This document shows, in pieces, positions 1 to 8,572 of a DNA stretch of 64,000 nucleotides; within the stretch, counting starts at the first letter, position 1; the number at the start of each line of letters is the position of its first letter. This stretch comes from an uncultured Gammaproteobacteria bacterium (GTDB taxonomy: Bacteria > Patescibacteriota > Microgenomatia > Levybacterales > JACOYD01), in contig CAYUJR010000002.1 of assembly GCA_964445095.1 (NCBI GenBank), positions 5,176 through 69,175 of the forward strand, given 5' to 3'. The notes under the pieces are model-generated. The model saw only the letters and a list, made by a program, of their open reading frames with translations. It had not been told where the DNA came from and ran no database searches. Made by a program: the position numbers and the translations under genes.

Positions 1-681
1 GTGCGGGGGAATTTTAAGGATTTAGGGGAAATTGCACGTTCAAATGGTTTTGATAAGGTGAGCGGCATAATTTTTGATTTGGGAGTTTCCAGTCATCAAT
101 TAGAGACTGAAGAGAGAGGTTTTAGTTTTCAGAAGGATGCGCCGCTTGATATGAGAATGAATTCGTCAGCTGACGAACAAGCGGTTACAGCGGCAGACTT
201 AATTAATGGCTTAACTAGAAAGGAGTTATATGAGCTTTTTACTAAATTGGGTGAGGAGCAGTTTGCTGGGCCCATTTCTGACTCTATTATTAGGGCCCGT
301 CAAGTAAAACCCATTGCGACAACCGGTCAATTAGCAAAAGCGGTAGTAGATGTTTATAAAAAATATCATATGAAAAGAGGAAAAATTAATCCGGCAACAA
401 AAGTTTTTCAAGCTTTACGAATGGCTGTTAACGACGAGCTTAACAATTTAAGACAAGCCTTGCCGCAAGCCTTAGACCTGTTATTGCCCGGCGGCCGCTT
501 GGTGGTAATTAGCTTTCATTCCTTGGAGGATAGAATTGTTAAAAATTTTGCCAAAGAACAGCAGGCATTGGTCTTAGCGCGTATTTTAACAGAGAAACCA
601 GTTACGCCCGATTTTACGGAAATAGAAAGTAACCCCAGAGCTAGAAGTGCCAAGATGAGAGTGCTGGAAAAATTAGCATGA
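1..681 (+). CDS. rsmH: 16S rRNA m4C1402 methyltransferase RsmH (5' part lies before the window)
   Basis: DLGVSSHQL, RGFSF, PLDMRM, FQALRMAVN, ISFHSLEDR, NPRARSAK motifs; first gene of dcw cluster. Confidence 0.97.
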   Translation: MRGNFKDLGEIARSNGFDKVSGIIFDLGVSSHQLETEERGFSFQKDAPLDMRMNSSADEQAVTAADLINGLTRKELYELFTKLGEEQFAGPISDSIIRARQVKPIATTGQLAKAVVDVYKKYHMKRGKINPATKVFQALRMAVNDELNNLRQALPQALDLLLPGGRLVVISFHSLEDRIVKNFAKEQQALVLARILTEKPVTPDFTEIESNPRARSAKMRVLEKLA

Positions 682-962
682 ATAATCGTCATATTTTATT
701 ATTAAGCCTGGTTGTAATTTTAGTAATAGCTCTAACTGTGATGCAGGTAATTCTTTCCAATAAGCTGTCAACGGCAGGAAAAGAATTAGCCAAAATTCAA
801 AACGTGATTAATGAGCAGGAGTTAATTGGCGAGGAGTTGAGGATTAAAATAGCCAGCGCCAGCTCACTTACCGCCATTGCCCAAAATGCGGGAAAACTGG
901 GATTTGTCAAAGATAGCTCGCCGCTGGTGGTGGGCGGCAGCGAATTTGTGGCTCAACGATGA
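678..962 (+). CDS. ftsL: FtsL-like cell division protein
   Basis: Single N-terminal TM plus coiled coil ending in A..LGF; canonical position between rsmH and ftsI. Confidence 0.7.
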   Translation: MNNRHILLLSLVVILVIALTVMQVILSNKLSTAGKELAKIQNVINEQELIGEELRIKIASASSLTAIAQNAGKLGFVKDSSPLVVGGSEFVAQR

Positions 963-2647
963 TATGGCGAACACAAACCCTGTTTTTCTTTTTCTTATTT
1001 TTATTTTTTCTCGTAATTGCCAGACTCTTTTACTGGCAAATTATCCGAGGGAGTGAGCTTTTCCTGCAGGGTCTTTCCCAATACACCCAAACCACTGTTC
1101 ATTTACCCGAGCGGGGGAAGATCTATACTTCCGACAACTTTCCCTTGGTAGCTAATTCTCCCGGATATCTAGTTTTTGTTCAGGCAAGTCTGGTAAAAGA
1201 CCAGGACAGCAAAAAACAGCTCATCAATAAACTTTCTTATCAGCTTAGCCTAGAGGTGGCTTCTGTAGCTGCTACTTTAAATCAAGATTTGCCCTGGATT
1301 CCTATTAAGCAGCGAGTTGATAGATCAATAAAAGAGCAGATAGAAAGTTTAAAACTAACCGGAGTCGGATTTAACAGGCAGGATTTCCGCTTTTATCCGG
1401 AGGCTTCTCTGGCGGCTCATCTGACAGGGTTTACCGGTAAAGACGAGAGCGGGGCAGATAAGGGCTATTTTGGCCTGGAGGGATATTATGACAGAGAACT
1501 GCGCGGTAGAGTTGGCCGAGTCAAAGAGACCAAAGATGCTCAAGGAAAGCCGATTTTAATTGCCGAGCGGCTGGGAGAGAATAAAATTGACGGGCAAGAA
1601 CTAGTTTTACACCTTGATAGGAGAATTCAATTTATAGCAGAAAATGCCTTAAGAGAAGGCGTAGAGCGCTACGGGGCCAAGGGAGGAACAGTGGCGGTGA
1701 TGGATCCTCAAAGCGGAGGAATTATGGCCTCTGCCTCCTATCCCAATTATGAGCAGGAGAAATACTTTAATTATGGCGAGGAGCAGTTTCGCGATTCTCT
1801 AATTTCGGATACTTATGAGCCGGGTTCAACCTTTAAGGTTTTGACTATGGCGGCGGCGTTTAATGAGAATGCGGTGACGGTGGACACTAAATGCGACTCT
1901 TGTGGCGGTCCGGTGACTATTTTTGATTACACTATTAGAAATTGGAATGATAAGTATTTTCCAGATACTAATATGAGAGATGTGATTATTCATTCCGATA
2001 ATACCGGCATGGTCTTTGTCTCCAAAAAATTGGGACTGGATAAAATGTTTACTTATCTCGAGAAATTTGGTATTGGCAGTTCAACCGGCATTGATTTACA
2101 GGGTGAAGCAAGTAGTAAGCTGCGGCCAAAAGACCAGTGGTATCCGATTGATCTGGCGACAGCCGCTTTTGGTCAGGGAGTGGCGGTTACTCCGATTCAA
2201 ATGCTGACGGCGGTTTCGGCTCTGGCTAACGGCGGTCGCCTGATGGAGCCCCACGTGGTCGCCAAAATTAAAGATAGCGGCGGTAAGGAATTTAATATCA
2301 AGCCAAAAGTGGTGCGAGAAGTAATTTCTCCAAATACCGCTCAACTCATCACGGAGATGATGGTAAACGCGGTAGATAATGGTGAAGCTAAATTTGCCAA
2401 GCCTCGCGGTTATCGCATTGCCGGAAAAACCGGTACCGCCCAGATCCCGATAGCCGGACATTATGATCCCAACCGGACCGTGGCTTCTTTTGTCGGTTTT
2501 GCGCCGGCGGATGATCCTAAATTTGTGATGATTGTGATAATTCGTGAACCAACCGCTTCAGTTTTTGGTTCGGAAACCGCCGCCCCCATTTTCTTCAAAA
2601 TCACCCGAGAATTATTAAGTTACTACAACATCCCCCCGAAGGAGTAG
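959..2647 (+). CDS. ftsI: Class B penicillin-binding protein (FtsI/PBP2 family)
   Basis: RG.I...D, R.YP, GLEG.Y dimerisation motifs; SxxK (STFK), SxN (SDN), KTG. Confidence 0.93.
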   Translation: MIWRTQTLFFFFLFLFFLVIARLFYWQIIRGSELFLQGLSQYTQTTVHLPERGKIYTSDNFPLVANSPGYLVFVQASLVKDQDSKKQLINKLSYQLSLEVASVAATLNQDLPWIPIKQRVDRSIKEQIESLKLTGVGFNRQDFRFYPEASLAAHLTGFTGKDESGADKGYFGLEGYYDRELRGRVGRVKETKDAQGKPILIAERLGENKIDGQELVLHLDRRIQFIAENALREGVERYGAKGGTVAVMDPQSGGIMASASYPNYEQEKYFNYGEEQFRDSLISDTYEPGSTFKVLTMAAAFNENAVTVDTKCDSCGGPVTIFDYTIRNWNDKYFPDTNMRDVIIHSDNTGMVFVSKKLGLDKMFTYLEKFGIGSSTGIDLQGEASSKLRPKDQWYPIDLATAAFGQGVAVTPIQMLTAVSALANGGRLMEPHVVAKIKDSGGKEFNIKPKVVREVISPNTAQLITEMMVNAVDNGEAKFAKPRGYRIAGKTGTAQIPIAGHYDPNRTVASFVGFAPADDPKFVMIVIIREPTASVFGSETAAPIFFKITRELLSYYNIPPKE

Positions 2648-2693
2648 TTTTAGGGTGAGTAAAATAAAGACAATGCTCAATCCTACAGATTAT

Positions 2694-3040
2694 TTAATCT
2701 ATTGAAGATGGATCAAATTTGGGAAAGTCTTCATTTAAATATGCAGAACGAGGATCCCTTTTGGAGAAACCAAAAGTCCTCCCTCTCTCTGGTTGTCGCC
2801 TGACCACAATCTCAACCTCTTCTCCTGCTCTTCTTGCTGCTTCTTCCAATTCTGCCACACCTGCTCTTAATGTTCTTTCTCCTGCTCCAGGGGTACGCTC
2901 ATAGAGAGTAGTAGGTTCTCCTATAAATTTAATTGAGCCATCTTCTCCCCTTTTTGTTCCTATGGGTCTTAATCCCACGACTGCGTTTAAGGCAATATTA
3001 TCGCCTGTGTGTCGCCGCCTGGTTTAGCTTCTTTTCTCAT
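2694..3040 (-). pseudogene. Small orphan gene, apparently frameshifted near its 5' end
   Basis: Promoter TTGACT-17-TAAATT lies 7 nt before ATG at 3040; that frame stops after 17 codons, while removing 2 nt in ACACAC (~3006-3011) joins it to the 2694..2978 ORF. Confidence 0.45.
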
Positions 3041-3090
3041 GTAGAAGAATTTAGCAAATAGTAATTCAAAAGTCAAGTGTATGTCTTGTG

Positions 3091-3209
3091 GCGTTGAGCT
3101 TCAAATGGCCTGTGATGAGTTCTATCGAACCATGCCATGGCTCTGAGTTTATCGAAGGGTTATAGCATTGAGCCTGCCGAAATGCTTGCCCTGAGTCCAT
3201 CGAATGGGG
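3091..3209 (+). repeat. Cluster of five degenerate REP-like hairpins (stem-TGAG-N4/5-YCGAA-stem)
   Basis: gtgaTGAGttctaTCGAAccat, gctcTGAGtttaTCGAAgggt, agcatTGAGcctgCCGAAatgct, gcccTGAGtccaTCGAAtgggg and a degenerate first copy. Confidence 0.75.
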
Positions 3210-3246
3210 TAAAATATGGGAAGAAAATATGAGTTTATTTTTCCTC

Positions 3247-3276
3247 TTGACAGACTGACTATTTAGTCAGTATACT
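3247..3276 (+). promoter_or_regulatory. Sigma70 promoter of lexA-like gene with an 18-bp palindromic operator in the spacer
   Basis: TTGACA (3247-3252), TATACT (3271-3276); ACTGACTA-TT-TAGTCAGT at 3254-3271. Confidence 0.8.
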
Positions 3277-3285
3277 GGATGGGTT

Positions 3286-3900
3286 ATGGATAAAATAACT
3301 GCCCGTCAGGCAGAAGTTTTGAAACTGATTTATAAATCGATTTCCGATTCCGGTTACCCCCCGACTTTGGCCGAACTGCGTGAGTCTTTGGATGTTTCTT
3401 CCAATCAGGCAGTTTTGGATATTCTAAAAATTTTAGAAGATAAAGGTTATATACAGAAAGAGGAAGGAACAGCAAGAACCATTAGAATTTTAGATAAAGG
3501 CATTAAAGAATTGGGTTTAAAGCAAGTTGCTCCTGTTGCAGGTATCAGCGCAGCCGGCCCATATATGCAAGCCTATGAAATTAATGAATGGAAAGTTATA
3601 GACGATGTACAAGTAACCCCAAAAGACCGTCTGGTAAGAATTTCCGGGGATTCCATGATTGAGGCAGGCATTAATGATGGAGACATTGTCATAGTTCGTG
3701 AATCTAAAGAATTTAAAAACAGGGATATAGTTTTAGCCAGAAATAATGATGAAACAACAGTTAAAAGGTTTGTGCATGATGACGGTAAGGTTTACTTAAA
3801 ACCGGAAAACCCAAAATATAGAAATATTCCCATATATCCGGAGACTAGATTATTGGGTAAAGTTGTAGGTATACTTGGGAAAAGTAAAATTAATGACTAA
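3286..3900 (+). CDS. lexA: LexA-family repressor
   Basis: wHTH (T.RQ..VL, GYPPTL.EL, LE.KGYI), Ala-Gly cleavage site (SAAG), catalytic Ser (GDSM) and Lys (TVKR). Confidence 0.92.
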   Translation: MDKITARQAEVLKLIYKSISDSGYPPTLAELRESLDVSSNQAVLDILKILEDKGYIQKEEGTARTIRILDKGIKELGLKQVAPVAGISAAGPYMQAYEINEWKVIDDVQVTPKDRLVRISGDSMIEAGINDGDIVIVRESKEFKNRDIVLARNNDETTVKRFVHDDGKVYLKPENPKYRNIPIYPETRLLGKVVGILGKSKIND

Positions 3901-4717
3901 TGTTATGATACCGCAAATTATAAACAGAACAGGATTAGACCATCAGCCTAACAGAAATAATGCTAAAAAGCTTTTATATCCGGAAGATTTTATAAATAAA
4001 ATTATGTGTGGGGATGCTATCGAAATAATGAAACAAATCCCTAATCAAAAAGTAGACCTAGTTGTTACTTCGCCTCCTTATAATCTCAAAAATTCTACCG
4101 GTAACGGAATGAAAGACGGACGAGGTGGTAAATGGGCAAATGCTGCACTACAAAATGGATACACACATCACGACGATTGTATGCCCCATGATAAATATGT
4201 TAAATGGCAAAAAGAATGTTTGAATGAAATGATGAGAATAATTCCAGAAGATGGCGCAATTTTTTATAATCATAAATGGCGTGTTCAGGATGGCTTATTA
4301 CAAGATCGCCAAGATATCGTGGCTGGATTTCCTGTCAGGCAAATTATTATTTGGAAGAGAAAAGGAGGTCTTAATTTCAATTCCGGTTACTTCTTGCCTA
4401 CTTATGAAGTTATTTACCTTATAGCTAAACCGAAGTTTAAATTAGCGCCAAAAGCAAATGCTTATGGTGATGTTTGGGAATTTACCCAAGAAATGAAAAA
4501 TGAGCATCCCGCTGCTTTCCCTGTCAAATTAATTGATCGTATCATTTCTTCAACCAATGCAAAAATAATTCTTGATCCTTTTATGGGTTCAGGTACAACA
4601 GCTATTTCTGCGATTAATTTTAATAGAAAATATATAGGTATTGATATTTCACCGGAGTATTGTAAGATGGCACAGGAGCGAATTGAGCGCCACAATGCGC
4701 AAATAAAACTCCTGTAA
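3893..4717 (+). CDS. Beta-class amino DNA methyltransferase, probably N4-cytosine
   Basis: Motif IV TSPPY precedes motif I DPFMGSGT; HPAAFP; ATG 3893 overlaps lexA end. Confidence 0.9.
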   Translation: MTNVMIPQIINRTGLDHQPNRNNAKKLLYPEDFINKIMCGDAIEIMKQIPNQKVDLVVTSPPYNLKNSTGNGMKDGRGGKWANAALQNGYTHHDDCMPHDKYVKWQKECLNEMMRIIPEDGAIFYNHKWRVQDGLLQDRQDIVAGFPVRQIIIWKRKGGLNFNSGYFLPTYEVIYLIAKPKFKLAPKANAYGDVWEFTQEMKNEHPAAFPVKLIDRIISSTNAKIILDPFMGSGTTAISAINFNRKYIGIDISPEYCKMAQERIERHNAQIKLL

Positions 4718-4721
4718 AACT

Positions 4722-5519
4722 ATGGCAAGTAAACCGATTATTTATACAAAACAAACGCTAATTGATAAACTTAAAGAAATTGTGGTTATGGGTTGGATTC
4801 CAAACGCCCGGCGAGGTAATTCTGGGGGTATAGGAAATACATTAGAAGATTTACTTGGTATTAAAGAAAATAATTTACCAATTCCAAACGCCGCTGAATG
4901 GGAGTTAAAAACTCAACGTATTAATTCTTCTTCATTAACGACCCTTTTTCATTCAGAGCCCTCACCTCGAGCTATTCGTTTTGTTCCACAAGTTTTGTTG
5001 CCAAAATATGGATGGGCTCATCAGGAAGATGGCAAGAAATATGCCAAAGGTGAGATGAGTTTTCGGCAAACAATTCATGGTCAATCAAGAAGTGATCGTG
5101 GTTTTATGGTTATTATTGATCGTTCAGAGAAAAAGATTTTAATTTCCTTTGATTCAAAAAGTGTGGCCATAAAGCATAAAGACTGGCTCGAATCAGTGAA
5201 AAAACGTGTTGGATTAAAAGAACTTGACCCCCAACCATATTGGGGGTTTGATGATTTAGAACATAAAGCCGGAACAAAATTACTTAATACCTTCTATGTT
5301 CAAGCTGAAGTGAAAGTTGAACGTAAAAAAGAATATTATAAATATACAAAAATTATGATGCTCCAAAAATTCAGTTTTGAAGGATTTTTGAAAGCATTGG
5401 AAGAAGGAAAAATTCTTGTAGATTTTGATGCTCGTACAGGACATAATCATGGAACAAAGTTTAGGATGAGACAGGATTGTTTACCAATACTTTATGAAAA
5501 AGTAACGGTGATTATTTAA
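4722..5519 (+). CDS. MvaI/BcnI-family restriction endonuclease
   Basis: GGIGNTLEDLLGIKENN, ELK, TTLFHSEP, HNHGTKFR motifs; adjacent methylase. Confidence 0.88.
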   Translation: MASKPIIYTKQTLIDKLKEIVVMGWIPNARRGNSGGIGNTLEDLLGIKENNLPIPNAAEWELKTQRINSSSLTTLFHSEPSPRAIRFVPQVLLPKYGWAHQEDGKKYAKGEMSFRQTIHGQSRSDRGFMVIIDRSEKKILISFDSKSVAIKHKDWLESVKKRVGLKELDPQPYWGFDDLEHKAGTKLLNTFYVQAEVKVERKKEYYKYTKIMMLQKFSFEGFLKALEEGKILVDFDARTGHNHGTKFRMRQDCLPILYEKVTVII

Positions 5520-5567
5520 ACATTAATCAGAAAAAGAAATTTTGGAGAATTTAAGAAAGGTAAAGAT

Positions 5568-6230
5568 ATGAATTCAACAACAGAAAAACTCATAGAACGA
5601 GTTAGCCAACTTTTGTCTAAGGGGCAATCTGTCGCTGGGACACGATACAATGATAGTTCTGAACATGTTTTCGCTCCAGACGAAGTAAATAGTACCCCAT
5701 TTCATGCATGGAAGAATAACTCACAAAACTGCGTTTTAATGGTTTGTGGAGAAAACAGTCCTTATTATAAAAACTTTATTGAAGGAGTGAAAATAGCTCG
5801 CCCTAGCGATGTAGATCGTGGTATTGGCATACTCACAGCACTGAAAGAAGATTTGGAGTTAGGTTATTTAACCAAAGTTAGAGATTTGGTAAGCGCTGAA
5901 ATCTTTACAGATTTTATCGAAATGGCTCAGCACCTCTTGGATAATAACTATAAAGACCCTTCCGCTTCCCTGATAGGTGCTGTATTGGAAAATGGCTTGA
6001 GACAAATCGCACAGAAAAATACAGTTGAAGTCAAATCGGGCGATGACATAGGATCACTTAATACAAAGCTCGCAGACAAAGAAGTTTATAGTCGCTTGTT
6101 ACAGAAACAAATTCAGGCCTGGAAGGCAATAAGAGATAGTGCTGATCATGGTAAGTTTGAGGATTACAAAACAGAGGATGTTAAGGCTATGTTAGAAGGT
6201 GTGAAAAGATTTTTAACGGAGAATTTGTAG
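5568..6230 (+). CDS. HEPN/DUF4145-like protein
   Basis: A..L.GAVLE..LR and R-x4-H motif (RDSADH) in the C-terminal helical domain. Confidence 0.7.
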   Translation: MNSTTEKLIERVSQLLSKGQSVAGTRYNDSSEHVFAPDEVNSTPFHAWKNNSQNCVLMVCGENSPYYKNFIEGVKIARPSDVDRGIGILTALKEDLELGYLTKVRDLVSAEIFTDFIEMAQHLLDNNYKDPSASLIGAVLENGLRQIAQKNTVEVKSGDDIGSLNTKLADKEVYSRLLQKQIQAWKAIRDSADHGKFEDYKTEDVKAMLEGVKRFLTENL

Positions 6231-6612
6231 ATATGCAAAATCAGATACCAATAACAAATAAAATAAAAACCATCAAACTTGAGAAGATGCCAACTCTTAT
6301 TAAAGAGTTTATGGTTGATAGAACTCCTCGCAATAAAAACTTCGGCCAACTCTTAAAAATTTTCAATTCTTGCTACAAATCTTTTTCTCCTGATCCATCT
6401 AACGATTTGCGAATACTGAAGTACGTCGAGGATATGAAGAGTGGGGAATGGAATGATTTGATAATTATAACTTTTCAAAATGGACAGGCTATAGACGGTG
6501 TGCATAGAGGTATTGCATATCTAAAATGCGTAAAAGAAGGAAGTAAGGAGGATACTCTTCCGCAGATTTATTTAAGTAGAGTAAAATAATATGCAAAATC
6601 AGATACCAATAA
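6231..6612 (+). repeat. 24-bp direct repeat ATATGCAAAATCAGATACCAATAA at 6231-6254 and 6589-6612
   Basis: Exact match read from sequence; each copy carries the start codon of an ORF. Confidence 0.95.
6233..6589 (+). CDS. Hypothetical protein with ParB/Srx-like motif
   Basis: IIIT....AIDGVHRGIA resembles the ParB-N DGxHR motif. Confidence 0.5.
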   Translation: MQNQIPITNKIKTIKLEKMPTLIKEFMVDRTPRNKNFGQLLKIFNSCYKSFSPDPSNDLRILKYVEDMKSGEWNDLIIITFQNGQAIDGVHRGIAYLKCVKEGSKEDTLPQIYLSRVK

Positions 6613-6737
6613 ATTGGCAGTTGAAAGCTGTAGAATTAGTAAGTAAATCGCACGAGGCAAGAAAGAAATCAAAAGAGCTTTTGGAAGAAGCGAAAAGAAA
6701 AGTTGAGGAAATGGTTGAAAAAGGAGGTGAGAATTAG
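6591..6737 (+). pseudogene. 48-codon remnant of a restriction-modification specificity (HsdS-like) gene
   Basis: MQNQIPINWQ (HsdS-like N-terminus IPxxW) fused directly to SHEARKKSKELLEEAKRKVEEMVEKGGEN (S-subunit-like C-terminal helix). Confidence 0.55.
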
Positions 6738-7108
6738 TGAAACTTGATGAATTTATAACGAATGTTTTAATGGATATTGACAATGGATTAGCAGTCGCAA
6801 AAGAAAAAGCTAATAGAAATTATTATGTGTCATCTACAGATAAAGGGGGAGTTAGTTTCGATATTGCCGTAACCACAACTTCTTCAAGTGGTTCAAAAGC
6901 CGAAGGAACAGCAAAAGTAGGCATAATCCAAGTTTTGGGTGCTGGTGTTAATGCCGGGTTAGAAAGTAAGGAAGAAAATAGTCATGTAAGCAGAATACGG
7001 TTTTTTGTTCATGTACCAAGTAGGACAAAAACTGAAATTGAAGAGGATTCTAGAGAAATAGCAGAGTTAAATAGAAGACAAAGAGAAGAATCTAGTTTTG
7101 GAACTTAG
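6737..7108 (+). CDS. Trypco2-like small protein
   Basis: L.EFI...L..I..G, V.FDIAVT, Gly-rich segment, SRIRF pattern; RBS AGGAGG upstream. Confidence 0.55.
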   Translation: MKLDEFITNVLMDIDNGLAVAKEKANRNYYVSSTDKGGVSFDIAVTTTSSSGSKAEGTAKVGIIQVLGAGVNAGLESKEENSHVSRIRFFVHVPSRTKTEIEEDSREIAELNRRQREESSFGT

Positions 7109-7116
7109 CTGGATGA

Positions 7117-7219
7117 CCTCCCTCTTTCATTTCTCCTTCGTCCTTTGGGACTATGGAAGGACACAGTAAAATTACGGAAGGGCAGGCACGCCGGTTTGCC
7201 CTGAGCGAGGCCAAAGGAA
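7117..7219 (+). repeat. Nested REP-like palindromes
   Basis: Inner tccTTCGtcc-tttg-ggaCTATGGaagga inside outer cctccct...TTACGGaagggcagg, followed by gcccTGAGcgaggCCAAAgg. Confidence 0.55.
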
Positions 7220-7260
7220 AGAAATTGCAATTGTGGAGGATAGTGTAGCACAGTAATTTT

Positions 7261-7374
7261 ATGAAACAGATGAAAATTAAATTAGCAATTTTTGAAGGAA
7301 GTGAGTCGGTGACAAATTGTCACCGTTTGAAAATGTTGGCTGTTTACGAGATAATTATTTACCAAGTAATATAA
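7261..7374 (+). pseudogene. Internally deleted Bro-N (antirepressor-like) gene remnant
   Basis: KLAIFEG joined directly to SESVTNCHRLKMLA, two segments normally separated in Bro-N proteins; contains perfect palindrome 7307-7325. Confidence 0.6.
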
Positions 7375-7465
7375 TTAAAAAACTAAAATGAGCAATTATT
7401 ACAACATTTAAATTCCCGAGGTGTTTTTGGTTGCATTGCGGATATATTTCCATAAATAATACTAA

Positions 7466-7891
7466 ATGAATAAAGACAAAAGTTATACATGGAATGCCCC
7501 AGACAAAGAAGTTAGCCAGTTAAGCAGTAAAGAGATTGTAATAATATATATTCTTAAAAAGATTAGTCCCTATCTAACAACTCTAACAAGATTTTTCCCA
7601 TTCTCATTACTCTGGCAGGATCGAAGATTTCATTACAAACACAAAAAGATTGCTGACGCCGATGATCTTATTATTAAAATTGCCGGAGAAAAAGACTTTT
7701 GGTTTAAATTATTTTCTTACGATGAAGATGATCGTTTTTTAAACATTATCGGTAAATTTATACCTTTAAAAAAAGACTCTAGCAAAGATAAATTGTTCCA
7801 GTATTTTAGAAAGAAAATGGAGAATGAAGACTTTTATATAAATGACTTGGAGGATGGGAGAGTTAAAATTTCCTTAATGCAAAAGAAATAG
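7466..7891 (+). CDS. Hypothetical protein
   Basis: 141-codon AT-rich ORF, no recognised motif. Confidence 0.5.
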   Translation: MNKDKSYTWNAPDKEVSQLSSKEIVIIYILKKISPYLTTLTRFFPFSLLWQDRRFHYKHKKIADADDLIIKIAGEKDFWFKLFSYDEDDRFLNIIGKFIPLKKDSSKDKLFQYFRKKMENEDFYINDLEDGRVKISLMQKK

Positions 7892-7919
7892 ATATGAGAT
7901 TATAATCAAAACAAGCTGG

Positions 7920-7938
7920 TCCTTCGGTAGACTCAGGA
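7920..7938 (-). repeat. REP-like hairpin of the same family as 3091-3209
   Basis: Reverse strand tccTGAGtctaCCGAAgga. Confidence 0.7.
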
Positions 7939-8001
7939 TAAAGGGATTTTGGAAATGTTTTAATTTTCGTTATACTTAAATAGTAGAGAGGAGGTGAGGA
8001 A

Positions 8002-8523
8002 ATGAATATTAAGAAATTGTTAATAGGTGGTGCGGCCGGGGCGATCATGTTTGCTGCGGTAGTCGCACCGGCTTTGGCAGCGGGTGGATTTGACCAGTTT
8101 GGCTATAACAGAACTGCCAGAAACTTTGTGGGTACCTGTTTAAGCTGGGGCATGGGTAAATATGGATGGACCCAGGCTCAAGCTCAAGCTTACTGCGGAG
8201 TTTACTCCAATGATAAACTGGTGATGAAATGGAATGCCGAGTGGGACCGGGGTAATGCCGAGGGTTGGGCAAACGGCCCGTATGATGCCTGGATTGATAA
8301 TGAGTGGAATGGCAGAAACAATGGGTCAGGGGAAATCTGGCATTATAAAATAGCCTGGGACAGGGGTTGCGCAGACTCCGGTACTCCTTCGGGAGCGGCT
8401 GTCAAAGGAGGGGCCTATTGTATTTGGGGGCCTTTTGCCATGCTGCAAAGCCAGGGGTCTGGTGCGGATAAAGTGCATTATTGGGATGTGCTGCTGGCGC
8501 CTGCCGGTTACGGAGCATATTAA
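8002..8523 (+). CDS. Secreted Trp/Gly-rich hypothetical protein
   Basis: Strong RBS GGAGGTGA, Sec signal peptide ending ALA-A, four Cys. Confidence 0.8.
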   Translation: MNIKKLLIGGAAGAIMFAAVVAPALAAGGFDQFGYNRTARNFVGTCLSWGMGKYGWTQAQAQAYCGVYSNDKLVMKWNAEWDRGNAEGWANGPYDAWIDNEWNGRNNGSGEIWHYKIAWDRGCADSGTPSGAAVKGGAYCIWGPFAMLQSQGSGADKVHYWDVLLAPAGYGAY

Positions 8524-8572
8524 TATAAGGAGAAATGGAGTTTTGGGGCTTTCTGAGGTATAATAGAGCCTG

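Noticed and set aside
3091-3209. Possible CRISPR array
   Set aside because: Units are short and degenerate, lack constant-length unique spacers, and no cas genes are present
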